A stretch of DNA of 64,000 nt from an uncultured Bacteroidales bacterium (GTDB taxonomy: Bacteria; Bacteroidota; Bacteroidia; Bacteroidales; Bacteroidaceae). Under the pieces are notes generated by a model. That model saw only the letters and a list, made by a program, of their open reading frames with translations, searched no databases and was not told the DNA's origin. Where the stretch lies: NCBI GenBank assembly GCA_902802815.1, contig CADCNQ010000009.1, positions 1,307 to 65,306 on the forward strand. The letters are read 5' to 3'. This document shows positions 53,012-63,940 of this stretch, in pieces. Each line of letters begins with the position of its first letter. Position 1 is the stretch's first letter. The translations under genes were made by a program, and so were the position numbers.

Positions 53012-56000
53012 ATGCAAAACAAAGGATTAGTTAAGTTCTTCGCGGTATTGCTGACGTTGGTATGTCTTTTCTATCTGAGCTTCTCCGTGGTGACAAGCCA
53101 CTTCGAGAGTAAGTACGAGGAGATGGTTGCCACGGAAGGCCAGGACGCTGCGGACCGCTACATGGATTCGCTCCAGAACAACAAGGTGTATCTGGGCATC
53201 TGGACGCTGAAGGACTGCCGCGAGATGGGTATCGGACTGGGTCTGGACCTCAAAGGCGGCATGAACGTTGTGCTCGAAGTGAGCGTGCCTGACGTTGTGA
53301 AGGCCCTCTCCGATCACAAGGAAGAGACGGATGAGACGTTCCGCAAGGCTGTTGAGCAGGCCACCAAGGAAGCCACTCTGAGCCAGAAGGACTTTATCAC
53401 ACTTTTCGTCAAGAACTACAAGGAGCTCGCTCCCGAGCGCTCTCTTGCTGAGCTGTTCGCCACTCAGCAGTTGCGCGACAAGGTGACCACCAAGAGCACC
53501 GACAAGGAAGTGGAGAACGTGCTGCGCAGCGAAGTGAAGAGTGCCATCGACAACTCCTACAACGTGCTGCGTACCCGTATCGACCGTTTCGGCGTGGTGC
53601 AGCCCAACATTCAGGCCCTCGAGGGTCAGGAAGGCCGCATCATGGTGGAAATGCCCGGTGTGAAAGAGCCCGAGCGCGTCCGCAAACTTTTGCAGGGTTC
53701 TGCCAACCTCGAATTCTGGGAGACCTACTCCACCAGCGAGATTGTCCCCTTCCTCGTACAGCTCGACCAGAAGCTGGGCGCAGCTGCCTCTGCAGGCGCA
53801 CTTGATGAGGCCAAGGCTGACACCGCTGCTGTAGCTCAGGAAGAAGAGGCTGCTGCCGACACCGTAAAGGCCGACCTCGCTGCCGCTATCGGCAAGAGCG
53901 CTTCTCAGGACACTCAGAGCACAATGAGCGAAAGCGAACTCGAAGCAGTCCGCAAGCAGCATCCTCTGCTCTCCCGTCTGCAGCTGATGCAGCAGGATAT
54001 GGGTTGCGTGGTAGGTTACGCCTCAAAGCGCGACATGGAGACCATCAGCGCTCTCTTCGAGACACCTGAAGCAAAGGAAGTACTGCCCTCCGACCTCAGC
54101 CTCAAATGGGGTGTGAAGGGTATGGGCGACGGCGCCGCAGCTGATATCTACGAGCTCTATGCCATCCGCATCACAGAGCGCAACGGACGTGCACCCCTGG
54201 AGGGCGACGTTGTGACCGATGCAAAGGATGAGTTCGACAACAACGGCCGTCCTTGCGTATCCATGAAGATGAATGTGGACGGTGCACGCCGCTGGGCTGC
54301 CCTGACAAAGGCCAACCTGCACAAGAGCGTAGCCATCGTACTGGACAACAACGTATACAGTGCTCCCACCGTGCAGAGCGAAATCACCGGTGGAAACAGC
54401 CAGATTACAGGTAACTTCACCGCTGAGGACACCCGCGACCTTGCCAATGTGCTGAAGAGCGGTAAGATGCCCGCTCCCGCAAAGATTGTGAGCGAGGAAA
54501 TCGTAGGTCCTACACTCGGTGCCGAATCCATCAGACTGGGTATCTGGAGCTGTGTCATCGCCTTCGTAGTGCTGATGTTCTACATGATGGCAATGTACGG
54601 CATCATCCCCGGCATGGTAGCAAACTGCGCCCTGCTGCTCAACCTCTTCTTCACCGTCGGCATCCTGACAAGTTTCCAGGCTGCACTGACGATGAGCGGT
54701 ATCGCAGGTATGGTGCTGACACTGGGTATGGCTGTGGATGCCAATGTGCTCATCTACGAGCGCACCAAGGAAGAACTGAGAGCCGGCAAGAAGGTACGTG
54801 AAGCACTGAAGGCCGGTTACGACAATGCCCTCTCAGCTATTCTCGACTCCAACCTCACCAGCCTTATCACCGGTATCATCCTCTACAAGTTCGGTACCGG
54901 TCCTATCCAGGGCTTCGCCACCACGCTGATTATCGGTATCATCGTGAGCTTCTTCACCGCTGTGTTCCTGACACGTCTGGTTTACACCACGATGATGGCA
55001 CGCGAAATGTGGCAGAACCTCACCTTCACCAGTCCTATCGGCAAGGCAGTAAGCTTCAAGAATCCCCAGTATAAGTTCATGAGTGCCTATAAGAAGAGCT
55101 TCACCATCTTCGTTGCAATCGGCATCATTGCCATTGCCGGCATCGTAACCCGCGGATTCTCCAAGAGTATTGACTTCACCGGTGGTCGCAACTTCGTGGT
55201 TCTCTTTGAGAATCAGGTGGAGCCCGAGCAGGTGCGCGGCGTATTGGCCGAAGCATTCCCCGAGAGCACTACCAGCGCCATCGCACTGGGTGCTGAAGGC
55301 AAGACCATCCGTGTCTCCACCAACTACCGTATCGACGAGGACGGTATTGAAGTGGACAGCGAGATAGAGCAGCGCCTGTTTGAGGCTCTGAAGAAGGGCG
55401 GTGTGCTCTCCGACAATCTGACACTGGAAGACTTCATCAACCGCGACGAGCGCGCCGGCGGCAGCATCATCTCTTCTCAGAAGGTGGGTCCCGCTGTGGC
55501 TGAAGATATTACACGCGGTGCTATCATCAGCATCATCCTGGCATTCATCGCCATCTTCATCTACATCCTGGCACGTTTCCGCAACGTAGCATTCTCCGTG
55601 GGTGCCATCGTGGCTCTCGGCTTCGACATCATCTTCATCCTGGGTGCGTACGCGCTCCTGTGGGGTATCATGCCGTTCTCAATGGAAATCGACCAGACGT
55701 TCATCGGAGCCATCCTGACGGCTATCGGTTACTCCATCAACGATAAGGTGGTGGTGTTCGACCGTATCCGTGAGAACATCAACCTGTTCCCCAACCGCGA
55801 CCGCCAGCAGCTCTTCAACGACTCTGTAAACAGCACTTTGAACCGTACCATCAACACCTCGGTATCTACCTTCATCGTGCTGGCCGTAATCTTCTTCATC
55901 GGTATCTTCGGTGGCGGTGCAGGCAGCATCATCAGCTTCTCCTTCGCCATGATACTCGGTGTGATATTCGGCACAATGAGCTCTATCTTCGTGGCTGTGC

Positions 56001-56041
56001 CCACAGCTTATGTAACAATGGGCAAGACCATCAAGGAATAA
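53012..56041 (+). CDS. secDF: Protein translocase subunit SecDF (fused).
   Basis: 1009-aa ORF. The N-terminus is MQNKGLVKFFAVLLTLVCLFYLSF. The SecD start is GLDLKGGMNVVLEV. There are two 6-TM blocks with GMAVDANVLIYER and GYSINDKVVVFDRIREN. Confidence 0.95.
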   Translation: MQNKGLVKFFAVLLTLVCLFYLSFSVVTSHFESKYEEMVATEGQDAADRYMDSLQNNKVYLGIWTLKDCREMGIGLGLDLKGGMNVVLEVSVPDVVKALSDHKEETDETFRKAVEQATKEATLSQKDFITLFVKNYKELAPERSLAELFATQQLRDKVTTKSTDKEVENVLRSEVKSAIDNSYNVLRTRIDRFGVVQPNIQALEGQEGRIMVEMPGVKEPERVRKLLQGSANLEFWETYSTSEIVPFLVQLDQKLGAAASAGALDEAKADTAAVAQEEEAAADTVKADLAAAIGKSASQDTQSTMSESELEAVRKQHPLLSRLQLMQQDMGCVVGYASKRDMETISALFETPEAKEVLPSDLSLKWGVKGMGDGAAADIYELYAIRITERNGRAPLEGDVVTDAKDEFDNNGRPCVSMKMNVDGARRWAALTKANLHKSVAIVLDNNVYSAPTVQSEITGGNSQITGNFTAEDTRDLANVLKSGKMPAPAKIVSEEIVGPTLGAESIRLGIWSCVIAFVVLMFYMMAMYGIIPGMVANCALLLNLFFTVGILTSFQAALTMSGIAGMVLTLGMAVDANVLIYERTKEELRAGKKVREALKAGYDNALSAILDSNLTSLITGIILYKFGTGPIQGFATTLIIGIIVSFFTAVFLTRLVYTTMMAREMWQNLTFTSPIGKAVSFKNPQYKFMSAYKKSFTIFVAIGIIAIAGIVTRGFSKSIDFTGGRNFVVLFENQVEPEQVRGVLAEAFPESTTSAIALGAEGKTIRVSTNYRIDEDGIEVDSEIEQRLFEALKKGGVLSDNLTLEDFINRDERAGGSIISSQKVGPAVAEDITRGAIISIILAFIAIFIYILARFRNVAFSVGAIVALGFDIIFILGAYALLWGIMPFSMEIDQTFIGAILTAIGYSINDKVVVFDRIRENINLFPNRDRQQLFNDSVNSTLNRTINTSVSTFIVLAVIFFIGIFGGGAGSIISFSFAMILGVIFGTMSSIFVAVPTAYVTMGKTIKE

Positions 56042-56055
56042 CATTTCGTCCCCTA

Positions 56056-56078
56056 CTCCCGGCGCATGCTGCCGGGAG
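56056..56078 (+). terminator. GC-rich hairpin after secDF. It could be a terminator or a processing structure and has no U-tract.
   Basis: CTCCCGGC-GCATGCT-GCCGGGAG forms a perfect 8-bp stem. It lies 15 nt after the secDF stop and 10 nt before tRNA-Arg. Confidence 0.3.
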
Positions 56079-56088
56079 AGGACGGGCT

Positions 56089-56160
56089 GCTCCTGTAGTT
56101 AAATGGATAGAACGGAGGTTTCCTAAACCTTTGATCCGGGTTCGATTCCCGGCGGGAGTA
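56089..56160 (+). tRNA. tRNA-Arg (anticodon CCT).
   Basis: Folded by hand. The acceptor stem is GCTCCTG/CGGGAGT. The D arm is GTTAAATGGATAGAAC. The anticodon stem GAGGT/ACCTT carries the loop TTCCTAA. The T arm is CCGGG-TTCGATT-CCCGG. The discriminator is A, and CCA is not encoded. Confidence 0.85.
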
Positions 56161-56207
56161 CACAGGCGCGCAAGCGCACACACACGAATAAATTTAGGTA
56201 TTCAGAT

Positions 56208-58085
56208 ATGGCAGAAAGTTTTGCACCACAGAAACAAGCAGAAGAGACCGAAGTGGTCGTTCGCTTCTCCGGAGACTCCGGAGACGGAATGCAGTTGGCC
56301 GGCAACATCCTCTCTACGGTGTCAGCCACTGTAGGTAACAGTATTTCGACATTCCCCGACTTCCCTGCTGACATCCGCGCCCCGCAAGGTTCACTGACGG
56401 GCGTAAGCGGATTCCAGGTACATATCGGCAGCAGCGAGGTGTTCACCCCCGGTGACCAGTGCGATGTGTTGGTGGCAATGAATGCCGCAGCTCTCAAGAC
56501 GCAACTGAAATACGCCAAAAAGAACGCGGCCATCATCATCGACACCGATGCCTTCGGTCCCAAAGACCTGGAGAAGGCACAGTTCAAGACGGAAGACTAT
56601 CTCGGTGAGATGGGTGTAGATCCCGATCGCGTGATAGCATGCTCCATCACACAGATGGTGAAGGACTGCCTTTCCAGCGAACCCGCTTTCATGGTGGACG
56701 GCAAGGTGGACATCAAGGGCATCATGAAGTGCCGCAACATGTTCGCTCTGGGTCTGGTGTGCTGGCTCTTCGATCGCGACCTCGATATAGTATCCAACTT
56801 CCTGCGCGAGAAATTCGCCAAGAAACCCGCTATCGCAGAGGCAAACATCAAAGTGGTGCAGGCCGGATACGACTTCGGACACAACACACACTCCTCTGTG
56901 GCCAACGTGCGTCACATCGAGACGAAGAACAAGGTGCCCGGACGCTATATGGACATCACCGGCAACAAGGCGACAGCGTACGGTTTCATCGCAGCTGCTG
57001 AGAAGGCCGGACTGAAACTCTATCTGGGTTCATACCCCATCACTCCCGCCACCGATGTGCTCCACGAGCTTTCCAAACACAAGTCACTCGGTGTCACCAC
57101 CGTGCAGTGTGAGGACGAGATTGCCGGCTGTGCATCCTCTCTGGGCGCAAGCTTTGCCGGCGCACTCGCAGTAACATCCACCTCCGGTCCCGGTATCTGC
57201 CTCAAGAGCGAGGCGATGAACCTGGCCGTCATCATGGAACTGCCTCTCGTAGTGCTTGACGTACAGCGCGGCGGTCCCGCCACCGGTCTTCCCACAAAGT
57301 CCGAGCAGACAGACCTCCTGCAGGCCCTCTTCGGACGTAACGGTGAAAGTCCCATGCCCGTGATGGCAGCAAAGAGTCCCACCGACTGCTTCAACGCTGC
57401 ATACGAGGCATCGAAGATTGCTCTCGAGCACATGACTCCCGTAGTGCTTCTCACCGATGCATACGTGGCAAACGGCAGCGGAGCCTTCCGTCTGCCTAAT
57501 CTGGCCGACTATCCCGCCATCAATCCTCCATACGTTCCCGAAGAGATGAAGGGCACATGGACACCTTATATGAGAGCAGAGAACGGCACACGCTATTGGG
57601 CTGTTCCCGGACGTGAGGGATTCACCCATATTCTCGGTGGATTGGAGAAAGATGACAAGACCGGCGCTATCTCTACAGCACCTGAGAACCACGACCTCAT
57701 GACACGCAAGCGTGCACAGAAGATTGCCAACATCCCCGTTCCCGACCTTGAAGTGGAAGGCTGCAAGGATGATGCCGAACTGCTCATCGTAGGCTTCGGA
57801 GGCACATACGGTCACCTGCGCGCTGCCACAGAGGAGATGATGCGCAGCGGTAAGAAAGTGGCTCTGGCACACTTCCGCTACATCAACCCCCTGCCTGCAA
57901 ACACGGCCGAGGTGATGAAGAAATATCCCAAGGTGGTGGTAGCAGAACAGAACATGGGCCAGCTCGCAGCATGGCTGCGTATGAAGGTGGACAATTTCGT
58001 ACCCATGCAGTTCAACCAGGTAAAGGGCCAGCCTTTCGTGGTAGAGGAGTTAGTCAACGCATTCACAGAAATCTATAACAAGTAA
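56208..58085 (+). CDS. korA: 2-oxoglutarate/2-oxoacid:ferredoxin oxidoreductase subunit alpha.
   Basis: 625-aa ORF. It has the typical KorA N-terminus (VVRFSGDSGDGMQLAG) and the pyrimidine-binding domain (ITGNKATAYGFIAA...YPITPATD). A beta subunit follows immediately. Confidence 0.9.
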   Translation: MAESFAPQKQAEETEVVVRFSGDSGDGMQLAGNILSTVSATVGNSISTFPDFPADIRAPQGSLTGVSGFQVHIGSSEVFTPGDQCDVLVAMNAAALKTQLKYAKKNAAIIIDTDAFGPKDLEKAQFKTEDYLGEMGVDPDRVIACSITQMVKDCLSSEPAFMVDGKVDIKGIMKCRNMFALGLVCWLFDRDLDIVSNFLREKFAKKPAIAEANIKVVQAGYDFGHNTHSSVANVRHIETKNKVPGRYMDITGNKATAYGFIAAAEKAGLKLYLGSYPITPATDVLHELSKHKSLGVTTVQCEDEIAGCASSLGASFAGALAVTSTSGPGICLKSEAMNLAVIMELPLVVLDVQRGGPATGLPTKSEQTDLLQALFGRNGESPMPVMAAKSPTDCFNAAYEASKIALEHMTPVVLLTDAYVANGSGAFRLPNLADYPAINPPYVPEEMKGTWTPYMRAENGTRYWAVPGREGFTHILGGLEKDDKTGAISTAPENHDLMTRKRAQKIANIPVPDLEVEGCKDDAELLIVGFGGTYGHLRAATEEMMRSGKKVALAHFRYINPLPANTAEVMKKYPKVVVAEQNMGQLAAWLRMKVDNFVPMQFNQVKGQPFVVEELVNAFTEIYNK

Positions 58086-58091
58086 GCAACT

Positions 58092-59099
58092 ATGTCACAA
58101 TATACATCTGCAGATTACAAGAAAGGCCAGCCACGTTGGTGCCCCGGATGTGGCGACCACTTCTTCCTGAGTAGCCTCCACAAGGCAATGGCAGAAATCG
58201 GTATCGCACCGCACGATATCGCAGTGATATCCGGTATCGGATGTTCCAGCCGTCTGCCCCACTACATGGCAACATACGGTATGAACACCATACACGGACG
58301 TGCTGCTGCTATTGCAACAGGATGCAAGGTGGCAAATCCCAAACTCACCGTATGGCAGGTGAGCGGTGACGGTGACGGTCTGGCAATCGGTGGCAACCAC
58401 TTCATTCATGCCAACCGCCGCAACATCGACATCAATATGATACTCTTGAACAACCGTATCTACGGTCTGACCAAGGGTCAATATTCGCCCACTTCACCGA
58501 GAGGTTTCGTGTCTAAGTCATCACCTTACGGCACTGTGGAAGACCCCTTCCGTCCCGCCGAACTCTGTTTCGGAGCACGCGGACATTTCTTCGCACGCGC
58601 CGTTGCAACCGATGCACCCGGCACTGTGGACATCCTGAAGGCTGCACAGGCTCACAAGGGTGCTGCCGTTTGTGAGATTCTGCAGAACTGCGTCATCTTC
58701 AACAACGGCACACACGATAGCGTATACACCAAAGAGGGACGCGCCAAGAATGCTATCTACGTTAAGCACGGAGAACCCCTCATCTTCGGTGAAAACCAGG
58801 AATTCGGTATCATGCAGGAAGGCTTCGGTCTGAAAGTTGTGAAGATTGGCGAGAACGGCATCACACGCGACGACATTCTCGTACACGATGCACACTGCCA
58901 GGATAACACCTTACAGCTCAAGCTCGCTCTCATGGGCGACGGAGACGGATTCCCCATTGCACTCGGTGTGATACGCGATGTGGAGGCTCCCACCTACAAC
59001 GATGCCGTAGAGGCTCAGATAGAAGAAGTGAAGGCAAAGAAGCCCTATCACTCTTTCGCCGAACTGCTTGAGACAAACGATATCTGGGAAGTAAAATAA
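58092..59099 (+). CDS. korB: 2-oxoglutarate/2-oxoacid:ferredoxin oxidoreductase subunit beta (TPP-binding).
   Basis: 335-aa ORF with WCPGCGDH at the N-terminus and the TPP motif [20 protein letters not shown]. Confidence 0.9.
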   Translation: MSQYTSADYKKGQPRWCPGCGDHFFLSSLHKAMAEIGIAPHDIAVISGIGCSSRLPHYMATYGMNTIHGRAAAIATGCKVANPKLTVWQVSGDGDGLAIGGNHFIHANRRNIDINMILLNNRIYGLTKGQYSPTSPRGFVSKSSPYGTVEDPFRPAELCFGARGHFFARAVATDAPGTVDILKAAQAHKGAAVCEILQNCVIFNNGTHDSVYTKEGRAKNAIYVKHGEPLIFGENQEFGIMQEGFGLKVVKIGENGITRDDILVHDAHCQDNTLQLKLALMGDGDGFPIALGVIRDVEAPTYNDAVEAQIEEVKAKKPYHSFAELLETNDIWEVK

Positions 59100-59118
59100 A
59101 CAACACGATAGTCATTCG

Positions 59119-60426
59119 ATGATTAAAAACTTTGTAGAAGAACTGAAGTGGCGTGGAATGCTGGCACAGATGATGCCAGGCACGGAAGAACTGCTCCAGA
59201 AAGAAATGGTGACAGCCTATCTAGGTACTGACCCAACAGCGGATTCACTGCACATTGGACATTTGTGCGGCATCATGATGCTGCGCCACCTCCAACGCTG
59301 CGGTCACAAACCCATCATTCTCGTGGGAGGTGCTACCGGTATGATTGGCGACCCTTCCGGCAAGAGCCAAGAACGAAACCTGCTGAACGATGAAACTCTG
59401 CGCCATAATCAGGAGTGCATCAAGGCTCAGGTGGCCAGGTTCCTCGACTTTGAAAGCAAGGAAGCCAATGCCGCCGTCATGGTGAACAACTATGACTGGA
59501 TGAAGGATTTCACATTCCTCGACTTCGCACGCCAAGTAGGTAAGCATATTACAGTGAACTATATGATGGCCAAGGAAAGCGTACAACAGCGCCTGAACGG
59601 CACAGCCAGAGACGGCCTCAGTTTCACAGAATTCACCTACCAGTTGCTTCAGGGCTACGACTTCCTCTACCTCTATCAGCACTATGGCGTCAAACTCCAG
59701 CTGGGAGGCAACGACCAATGGGGTAATATGACCACCGGTACTGAACTCATCCGCCGCACCCTTGGCAATGAAGTGGAGACATTCGCACTGACCTGTCCGC
59801 TCATAACAAAGAGCGACGGCAAGAAGTTCGGCAAGACCGAGCAGGGAAATATCTGGCTCGATCGCGAACGTACAACTCCCTACGCATTCTACCAGTTCTG
59901 GCTGAATGTGACAGACGAGGATGCCGCACGCTATATCAAGATTTTCACTTCTCTCGACAAGCCGACTATCGACGCTCTCATCGAAGAACACCAACAGGAT
60001 CCAGGTCGCCGCGTACTGCAGAAGAGACTTGCAGAGGAGGTCACAATAATGGTGCATGGCAAGGAGGACTTGGAAATGGCCCAGGAGGCTTCCAACATCC
60101 TTTTTGGAAAAGCTACTAAGGAAAGCCTCGTCAAACTCGATGAAAAGACCCTTTTGGACATCTTTGCAGGTGTGGATAAGTTTGAGATAAACCGCAGTCT
60201 TCTGGAAGGCGAAGGCATAAAAGCCGTTGATCTCCTCGCCGGCGAGACACAGTGCTTCTCCTCAAAAGGCGAGATGCGTAAAATGTGCCAGGGCGGCGGC
60301 GTTTCACTTAACAAAGAAAAGCTTCAGGCCTTCGATCAGATGATTACAACCGGCGATTTGCTGGATAATAAATATCTGCTTGCACAGCAAGGTAAAAAGA
60401 AGTACTTTTTACTCATCGTTAAGTAA
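59119..60426 (+). CDS. tyrS: Tyrosine--tRNA ligase.
   Basis: The class I HIGH motif is DSLHIGHL. The KMSKS-equivalent is KFGKT. A C-terminal S4-like domain is present, and the product is 435 aa. Confidence 0.95.
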   Translation: MIKNFVEELKWRGMLAQMMPGTEELLQKEMVTAYLGTDPTADSLHIGHLCGIMMLRHLQRCGHKPIILVGGATGMIGDPSGKSQERNLLNDETLRHNQECIKAQVARFLDFESKEANAAVMVNNYDWMKDFTFLDFARQVGKHITVNYMMAKESVQQRLNGTARDGLSFTEFTYQLLQGYDFLYLYQHYGVKLQLGGNDQWGNMTTGTELIRRTLGNEVETFALTCPLITKSDGKKFGKTEQGNIWLDRERTTPYAFYQFWLNVTDEDAARYIKIFTSLDKPTIDALIEEHQQDPGRRVLQKRLAEEVTIMVHGKEDLEMAQEASNILFGKATKESLVKLDEKTLLDIFAGVDKFEINRSLLEGEGIKAVDLLAGETQCFSSKGEMRKMCQGGGVSLNKEKLQAFDQMITTGDLLDNKYLLAQQGKKKYFLLIVK

Positions 60427-60458
60427 AAAAGATACTATTAGGCAATAAAAACAGACGT

Positions 60459-60480
60459 TTTCTTGCAAACAGGCAAGAAA
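60459..60480 (+). terminator. Possible terminator hairpin after tyrS.
   Basis: TTTCTTGC-AAACAG-GCAAGAAA forms an 8-bp stem about 33 nt after the tyrS stop. The U-tract is weak. Confidence 0.3.
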
Positions 60481-60485
60481 TGTTG

Positions 60486-60493
60486 TATCTTTG
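60486..60493 (+). promoter_or_regulatory. Candidate -7 promoter box (TATCTTTG) for tRNA-Gln.
   Basis: The sequence matches TAnnTTTG and lies 45 nt upstream of the tRNA 5' end. Confidence 0.4.
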
Positions 60494-60537
60494 CACTCGC
60501 AAATGTATGCCGCTACGGTAATGATTTGCATTTGGAT

Positions 60538-60608
60538 TGGGCTATGGTGTAATGGTAGCACAAGACATTTTGGTCGTCTTAGTTCTGGTTCGAAACCGGA
60601 TAGCCCAA
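60538..60608 (+). tRNA. tRNA-Gln (anticodon TTG).
   Basis: Folded by hand. The acceptor stem is TGGGCTA/TAGCCCA, with the U1-A72 pair typical of bacterial tRNA-Gln. The D arm is GTGT-AATGGTA-GCAC. The anticodon loop is TTTTGGT. The T arm is TCTGG-TTCGAAA-CCGGA, and the discriminator is A. Confidence 0.85.
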
Positions 60609-60657
60609 CTCTCTTTGTAACAACAGAAAAAGTCTGTAACCTTAAACTTCTTTAATA

Positions 60658-61458
60658 ATGAACATGTTTTCTCTTGAAGGTAAGAACGCTTGGATAACCG
60701 GTGCTTCTTACGGTATTGGTTTTAACATTGCCAAGGCATTTGTGGCAGCAGGTGTTAAGAACATCGTTTTCAACGACATCAACGAAGCCGCTCTGCAGCG
60801 CGGTTTGGACAACTATAAGGAAGCCGGTATCACCAACGTTAAAGGTTACGTGTGCGATGTGACCGACGAGAAAGGTGTGAAAGCTCTTGTTGAGAAGATT
60901 CACGAGGAAGTGGGGCAGATTGACATTCTGGTAAACAACGCCGGTATTATCAAGCGTATCCCCATGCATGAGATGAAACGCGAAGAGTTCCAGCAGGTCA
61001 TCGATATCGACCTCGTTGCTCCCTATATCGTGAGCGCTGCAGTAATTCCCGAGATGATGGAGCGCCGCGAGGGTAAAATCATCAACATCTGCTCTATGAT
61101 GTCTGAGCTGGGACGTGAGACGGTAAGCGCATATGCCGCTGCCAAGGGCGGCCTGAAGATGCTGACCCGCAACATCTGCTCGGAATACGGCGAATACAAC
61201 ATACAGTGCAACGGCATTGGCCCCGGTTATATTGCAACTCCTCAGACAGCTCCTCTGCGTGAGCGTCAACCCGACGGCAGCCGTCATCCTTTTGACAGCT
61301 TCATCTGCGCGAAGACACCTGCCGGCCGCTGGCTTGATCCCAGTGAACTGGGCGGTCCCGCTGTATTCCTGGCTTCTCACGCATCTGATGCAGTGAACGG
61401 TCACGTGCTATACGTAGACGGCGGTATTCTTGCATACATCGGTAAGCAGCCCAGCTAA
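60658..61458 (+). CDS. SDR-family oxidoreductase (gluconate 5-dehydrogenase / KduD-like).
   Basis: 266-aa ORF. The cofactor motif is TGASYGIGFNIAKAF. NNAG is present. The catalytic YxxxK is YAAAKGGLKMLT. Confidence 0.8.
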   Translation: MNMFSLEGKNAWITGASYGIGFNIAKAFVAAGVKNIVFNDINEAALQRGLDNYKEAGITNVKGYVCDVTDEKGVKALVEKIHEEVGQIDILVNNAGIIKRIPMHEMKREEFQQVIDIDLVAPYIVSAAVIPEMMERREGKIINICSMMSELGRETVSAYAAAKGGLKMLTRNICSEYGEYNIQCNGIGPGYIATPQTAPLRERQPDGSRHPFDSFICAKTPAGRWLDPSELGGPAVFLASHASDAVNGHVLYVDGGILAYIGKQPS

Positions 61459-61498
61459 GGCTCGGTTAATCATACACACATAACTCGTCATATAAGTA

Positions 61499-62803
61499 TT
61501 GAAGAAACTCTTCATTGAGACCTACGGATGTCAGATGAATGTCGCCGACAGCGAAGTGGTGGCAAGTATCATGGGGCAGGCCGGGTATGAAACAACAGAT
61601 ATTCAGGAGGAAGCGGACGCTATCCTCCTGAACACGTGTTCTGTGCGAGACAACGCAGAGCAGAAAATCTACGCCCGACTGGAATTCCTCCAGAGCGTAA
61701 AACGCAAGAAAAAAATCATTGTCGGAGTTCTCGGATGTATGGCTGAACGAGTAAAAGACGAACTCCTAGAGCATCACGGTGCAGACCTTGTTTGCGGCCC
61801 GGACAGTTATCTCTCCCTGCCAGACCTGTTCGCCCAGGCAGAACTCGGCTACAAGGCCATCAACGTGGAACTCTCGCTTTCGGAGACATACAAAGACATT
61901 GTTCCGCAAAGACTTCACGGAGCACGTATCGGAGGTTTTGTCAGCATCATGAGAGGATGTAACAATTTCTGCCACTATTGCATTGTGCCCTACACAAGAG
62001 GTCGTGAACGAAGCAGAGATGTGGAAAGCATCCTTCGCGAGTGCCGTGACCTGGAACTGAAAGGCTACAAGGAAGTAACACTCCTGGGACAGAATGTGAA
62101 TTCCTACCACTGCGGCGATGTAGACTTTCCAACGCTACTGAAAGAGGTGGCACACACAGTACCCTCAATGAGAGTGCGTTTCACCACGAGTCATCCAAAA
62201 GACATGAGTGATGCCACTCTGCATGTCATCGCGGAAGAACCGAACGTATGCAAGCATATACATCTGCCTGTACAGAGCGGTTCGAATGACGTCCTGAAAC
62301 GCATGAATCGCAAATACACCAGGGAATGGTATCTCGAACGTGTGGATGCAATAAGACGTATCATCCCCGATTGCGGACTCTCAACAGATATTTTCTCCGG
62401 TTATCCCGGAGAGACCGAGGAAGATCATCAAATGTCACTCTCCCTTATGAGAACATGCGCTTATGACTCTGCGTTCATGTTTAAATACAGTGAACGGCCC
62501 GGAACATATGCATCGAAACATTTCCCGGACGATATTCCCGATGAAGTCAAAACACGGCGTCTGAACGAACTGATTGCACTGCAAAACGAACTTTCCGCTA
62601 CTGCCAACGCACATTGTGTCGGCAAGACGTTCGAGGTGCTTATTGAGGGAACCAGCAAACGCAGTCGCGAGCAACTGTTCGGACGTACGGAGCAAAACAA
62701 GGTCGTCGTTGTAGACAGAGGTTCCCTCCGCATCGGAGACAAAGTAATGGTACGTATCACAGAAAGTACATCAGCCACATTAAAGGGCATTCAAGAACAA
62801 TAG
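61499..62803 (+). CDS. miaB: tRNA (N6-isopentenyl adenosine(37)-C2)-methylthiotransferase.
   Basis: 434-aa ORF with a TTG start. The UPF0004 N-domain is ETYGCQMN. The radical-SAM motif is GCNNFCHYCIVP. A C-terminal TRAM domain is present. Confidence 0.9.
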   Translation: MKKLFIETYGCQMNVADSEVVASIMGQAGYETTDIQEEADAILLNTCSVRDNAEQKIYARLEFLQSVKRKKKIIVGVLGCMAERVKDELLEHHGADLVCGPDSYLSLPDLFAQAELGYKAINVELSLSETYKDIVPQRLHGARIGGFVSIMRGCNNFCHYCIVPYTRGRERSRDVESILRECRDLELKGYKEVTLLGQNVNSYHCGDVDFPTLLKEVAHTVPSMRVRFTTSHPKDMSDATLHVIAEEPNVCKHIHLPVQSGSNDVLKRMNRKYTREWYLERVDAIRRIIPDCGLSTDIFSGYPGETEEDHQMSLSLMRTCAYDSAFMFKYSERPGTYASKHFPDDIPDEVKTRRLNELIALQNELSATANAHCVGKTFEVLIEGTSKRSREQLFGRTEQNKVVVVDRGSLRIGDKVMVRITESTSATLKGIQEQ

Positions 62804-62807
62804 AGAG

Positions 62808-63686
62808 ATGCGAAAGATAATGAAAAAAAGGAAACAGGATTTATTTCGTTGGCAAGCTCTGACGAGTACGATAAGCACCACGATGGTGCTCATCCTGTTA
62901 GGCATTCTGGTACTGTTTGTCTTGACCGCAAAACAACTACGCGACGAAGTGAGAGAGGATCTTGCTGTCACGGTTGTACTGAAAGATGGCATCGACAACC
63001 AGAAAGCGCTGGCTATTAAAGAGCGGTGGGAGCATCTCCCATACATCAAACGGCTCGACTATATAAGCCGCGAACAGTCACTCAAAGAACAAGTGGAGAC
63101 AATGGGACTGGACCCCACAGAATTCCTCGGTGCCAATCCATTCTCCATCTCGATGGAACTGCATCTTGTCGCCGATTATGCATGCAGTGACTCTCTGGAA
63201 TGGATTACCAAGGAACTGAGACTGGAAAGGAACGTTTCAGAGATAATGTACCAGAAGGATATGGTGGAAACGCTCAACAGCAATCTGCAGCACATCACCG
63301 TAGTATTGCTCGTTGTCACCGCATTGCTTTGTATCATCTCATTGAGTCTGATTAACAACACTGTACGTCTGAGTGTCTACTCACGCAGATTCATCATCCA
63401 CAACATGAAACTAGTAGGAGCCCGCTGGAGCTTCATCCGCAGGCCATTCCTTCTGAGAAGTCTTTGGTTCGGACTGCTTGCATCCGCTCTCGCCGTACTC
63501 ATACTCGCAGCCGGAGTGAACTGGTTGCGTACTTACGAGATTGACCTTGAGAACTTCCTTACTTGGAATAATGTAGGTATTGCTGTCGTCGCAGTCGTAA
63601 GTTTCGGACTTGCAATAACGCTTATCTGCACTTATGTAAGCGTGACACACTACCTAAGAATGCGCGAATCCAATCTGTATAAATAA
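62808..63686 (+). CDS. ftsX: Cell division protein FtsX-like permease.
   Basis: 292-aa ORF with one TM helix, a periplasmic domain and three C-terminal TM helices. It sits in the conserved Bacteroidetes ftsX-DUF3098-uppP context. Confidence 0.8.
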   Translation: MRKIMKKRKQDLFRWQALTSTISTTMVLILLGILVLFVLTAKQLRDEVREDLAVTVVLKDGIDNQKALAIKERWEHLPYIKRLDYISREQSLKEQVETMGLDPTEFLGANPFSISMELHLVADYACSDSLEWITKELRLERNVSEIMYQKDMVETLNSNLQHITVVLLVVTALLCIISLSLINNTVRLSVYSRRFIIHNMKLVGARWSFIRRPFLLRSLWFGLLASALAVLILAAGVNWLRTYEIDLENFLTWNNVGIAVVAVVSFGLAITLICTYVSVTHYLRMRESNLYK

Positions 63687-63718
63687 TAGCACATTGTCGC
63701 ATCATAACATTAAAACAA

Positions 63719-63940
63719 ATGACATTTAATAAGATCAACTACATCATACTTGCCGTTTCCATGACTGTTATTGTCATCGGATTCATCCTCATGGCTGGCA
63801 GCGGTAGCACAGAGACCTCTTTTAATGAGGACATCTTCTCTCCCACCCGAATCAAAGTGGCACCTGTTGTATGTTTCATCGGATTCATCGGCATTATTTT
63901 CGGTATAATGTATAAAACAAAAGACAAACGTCCATCATGA
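63719..63940 (+). CDS. DUF3098-like small membrane protein.
   Basis: 73-aa ORF with two TM helices (YIILAVSMTVIVIGFILMA and VCFIGFIGIIFGIMY). It lies between ftsX and uppP. Confidence 0.65.
   Translation: MTFNKINYIILAVSMTVIVIGFILMAGSGSTETSFNEDIFSPTRIKVAPVVCFIGFIGIIFGIMYKTKDKRPS

Noticed and set aside
53027-53962. Minus-strand ORFs opposite plus-strand housekeeping genes: 53027..53962, 56391..56915, 57084..57872, 59245..60057 and 60652..61404.
   Set aside because: The reasoning is the same. SecDF, KorA, TyrS and the SDR on the plus strand carry canonical motifs, and the antisense translations are compositionally implausible.
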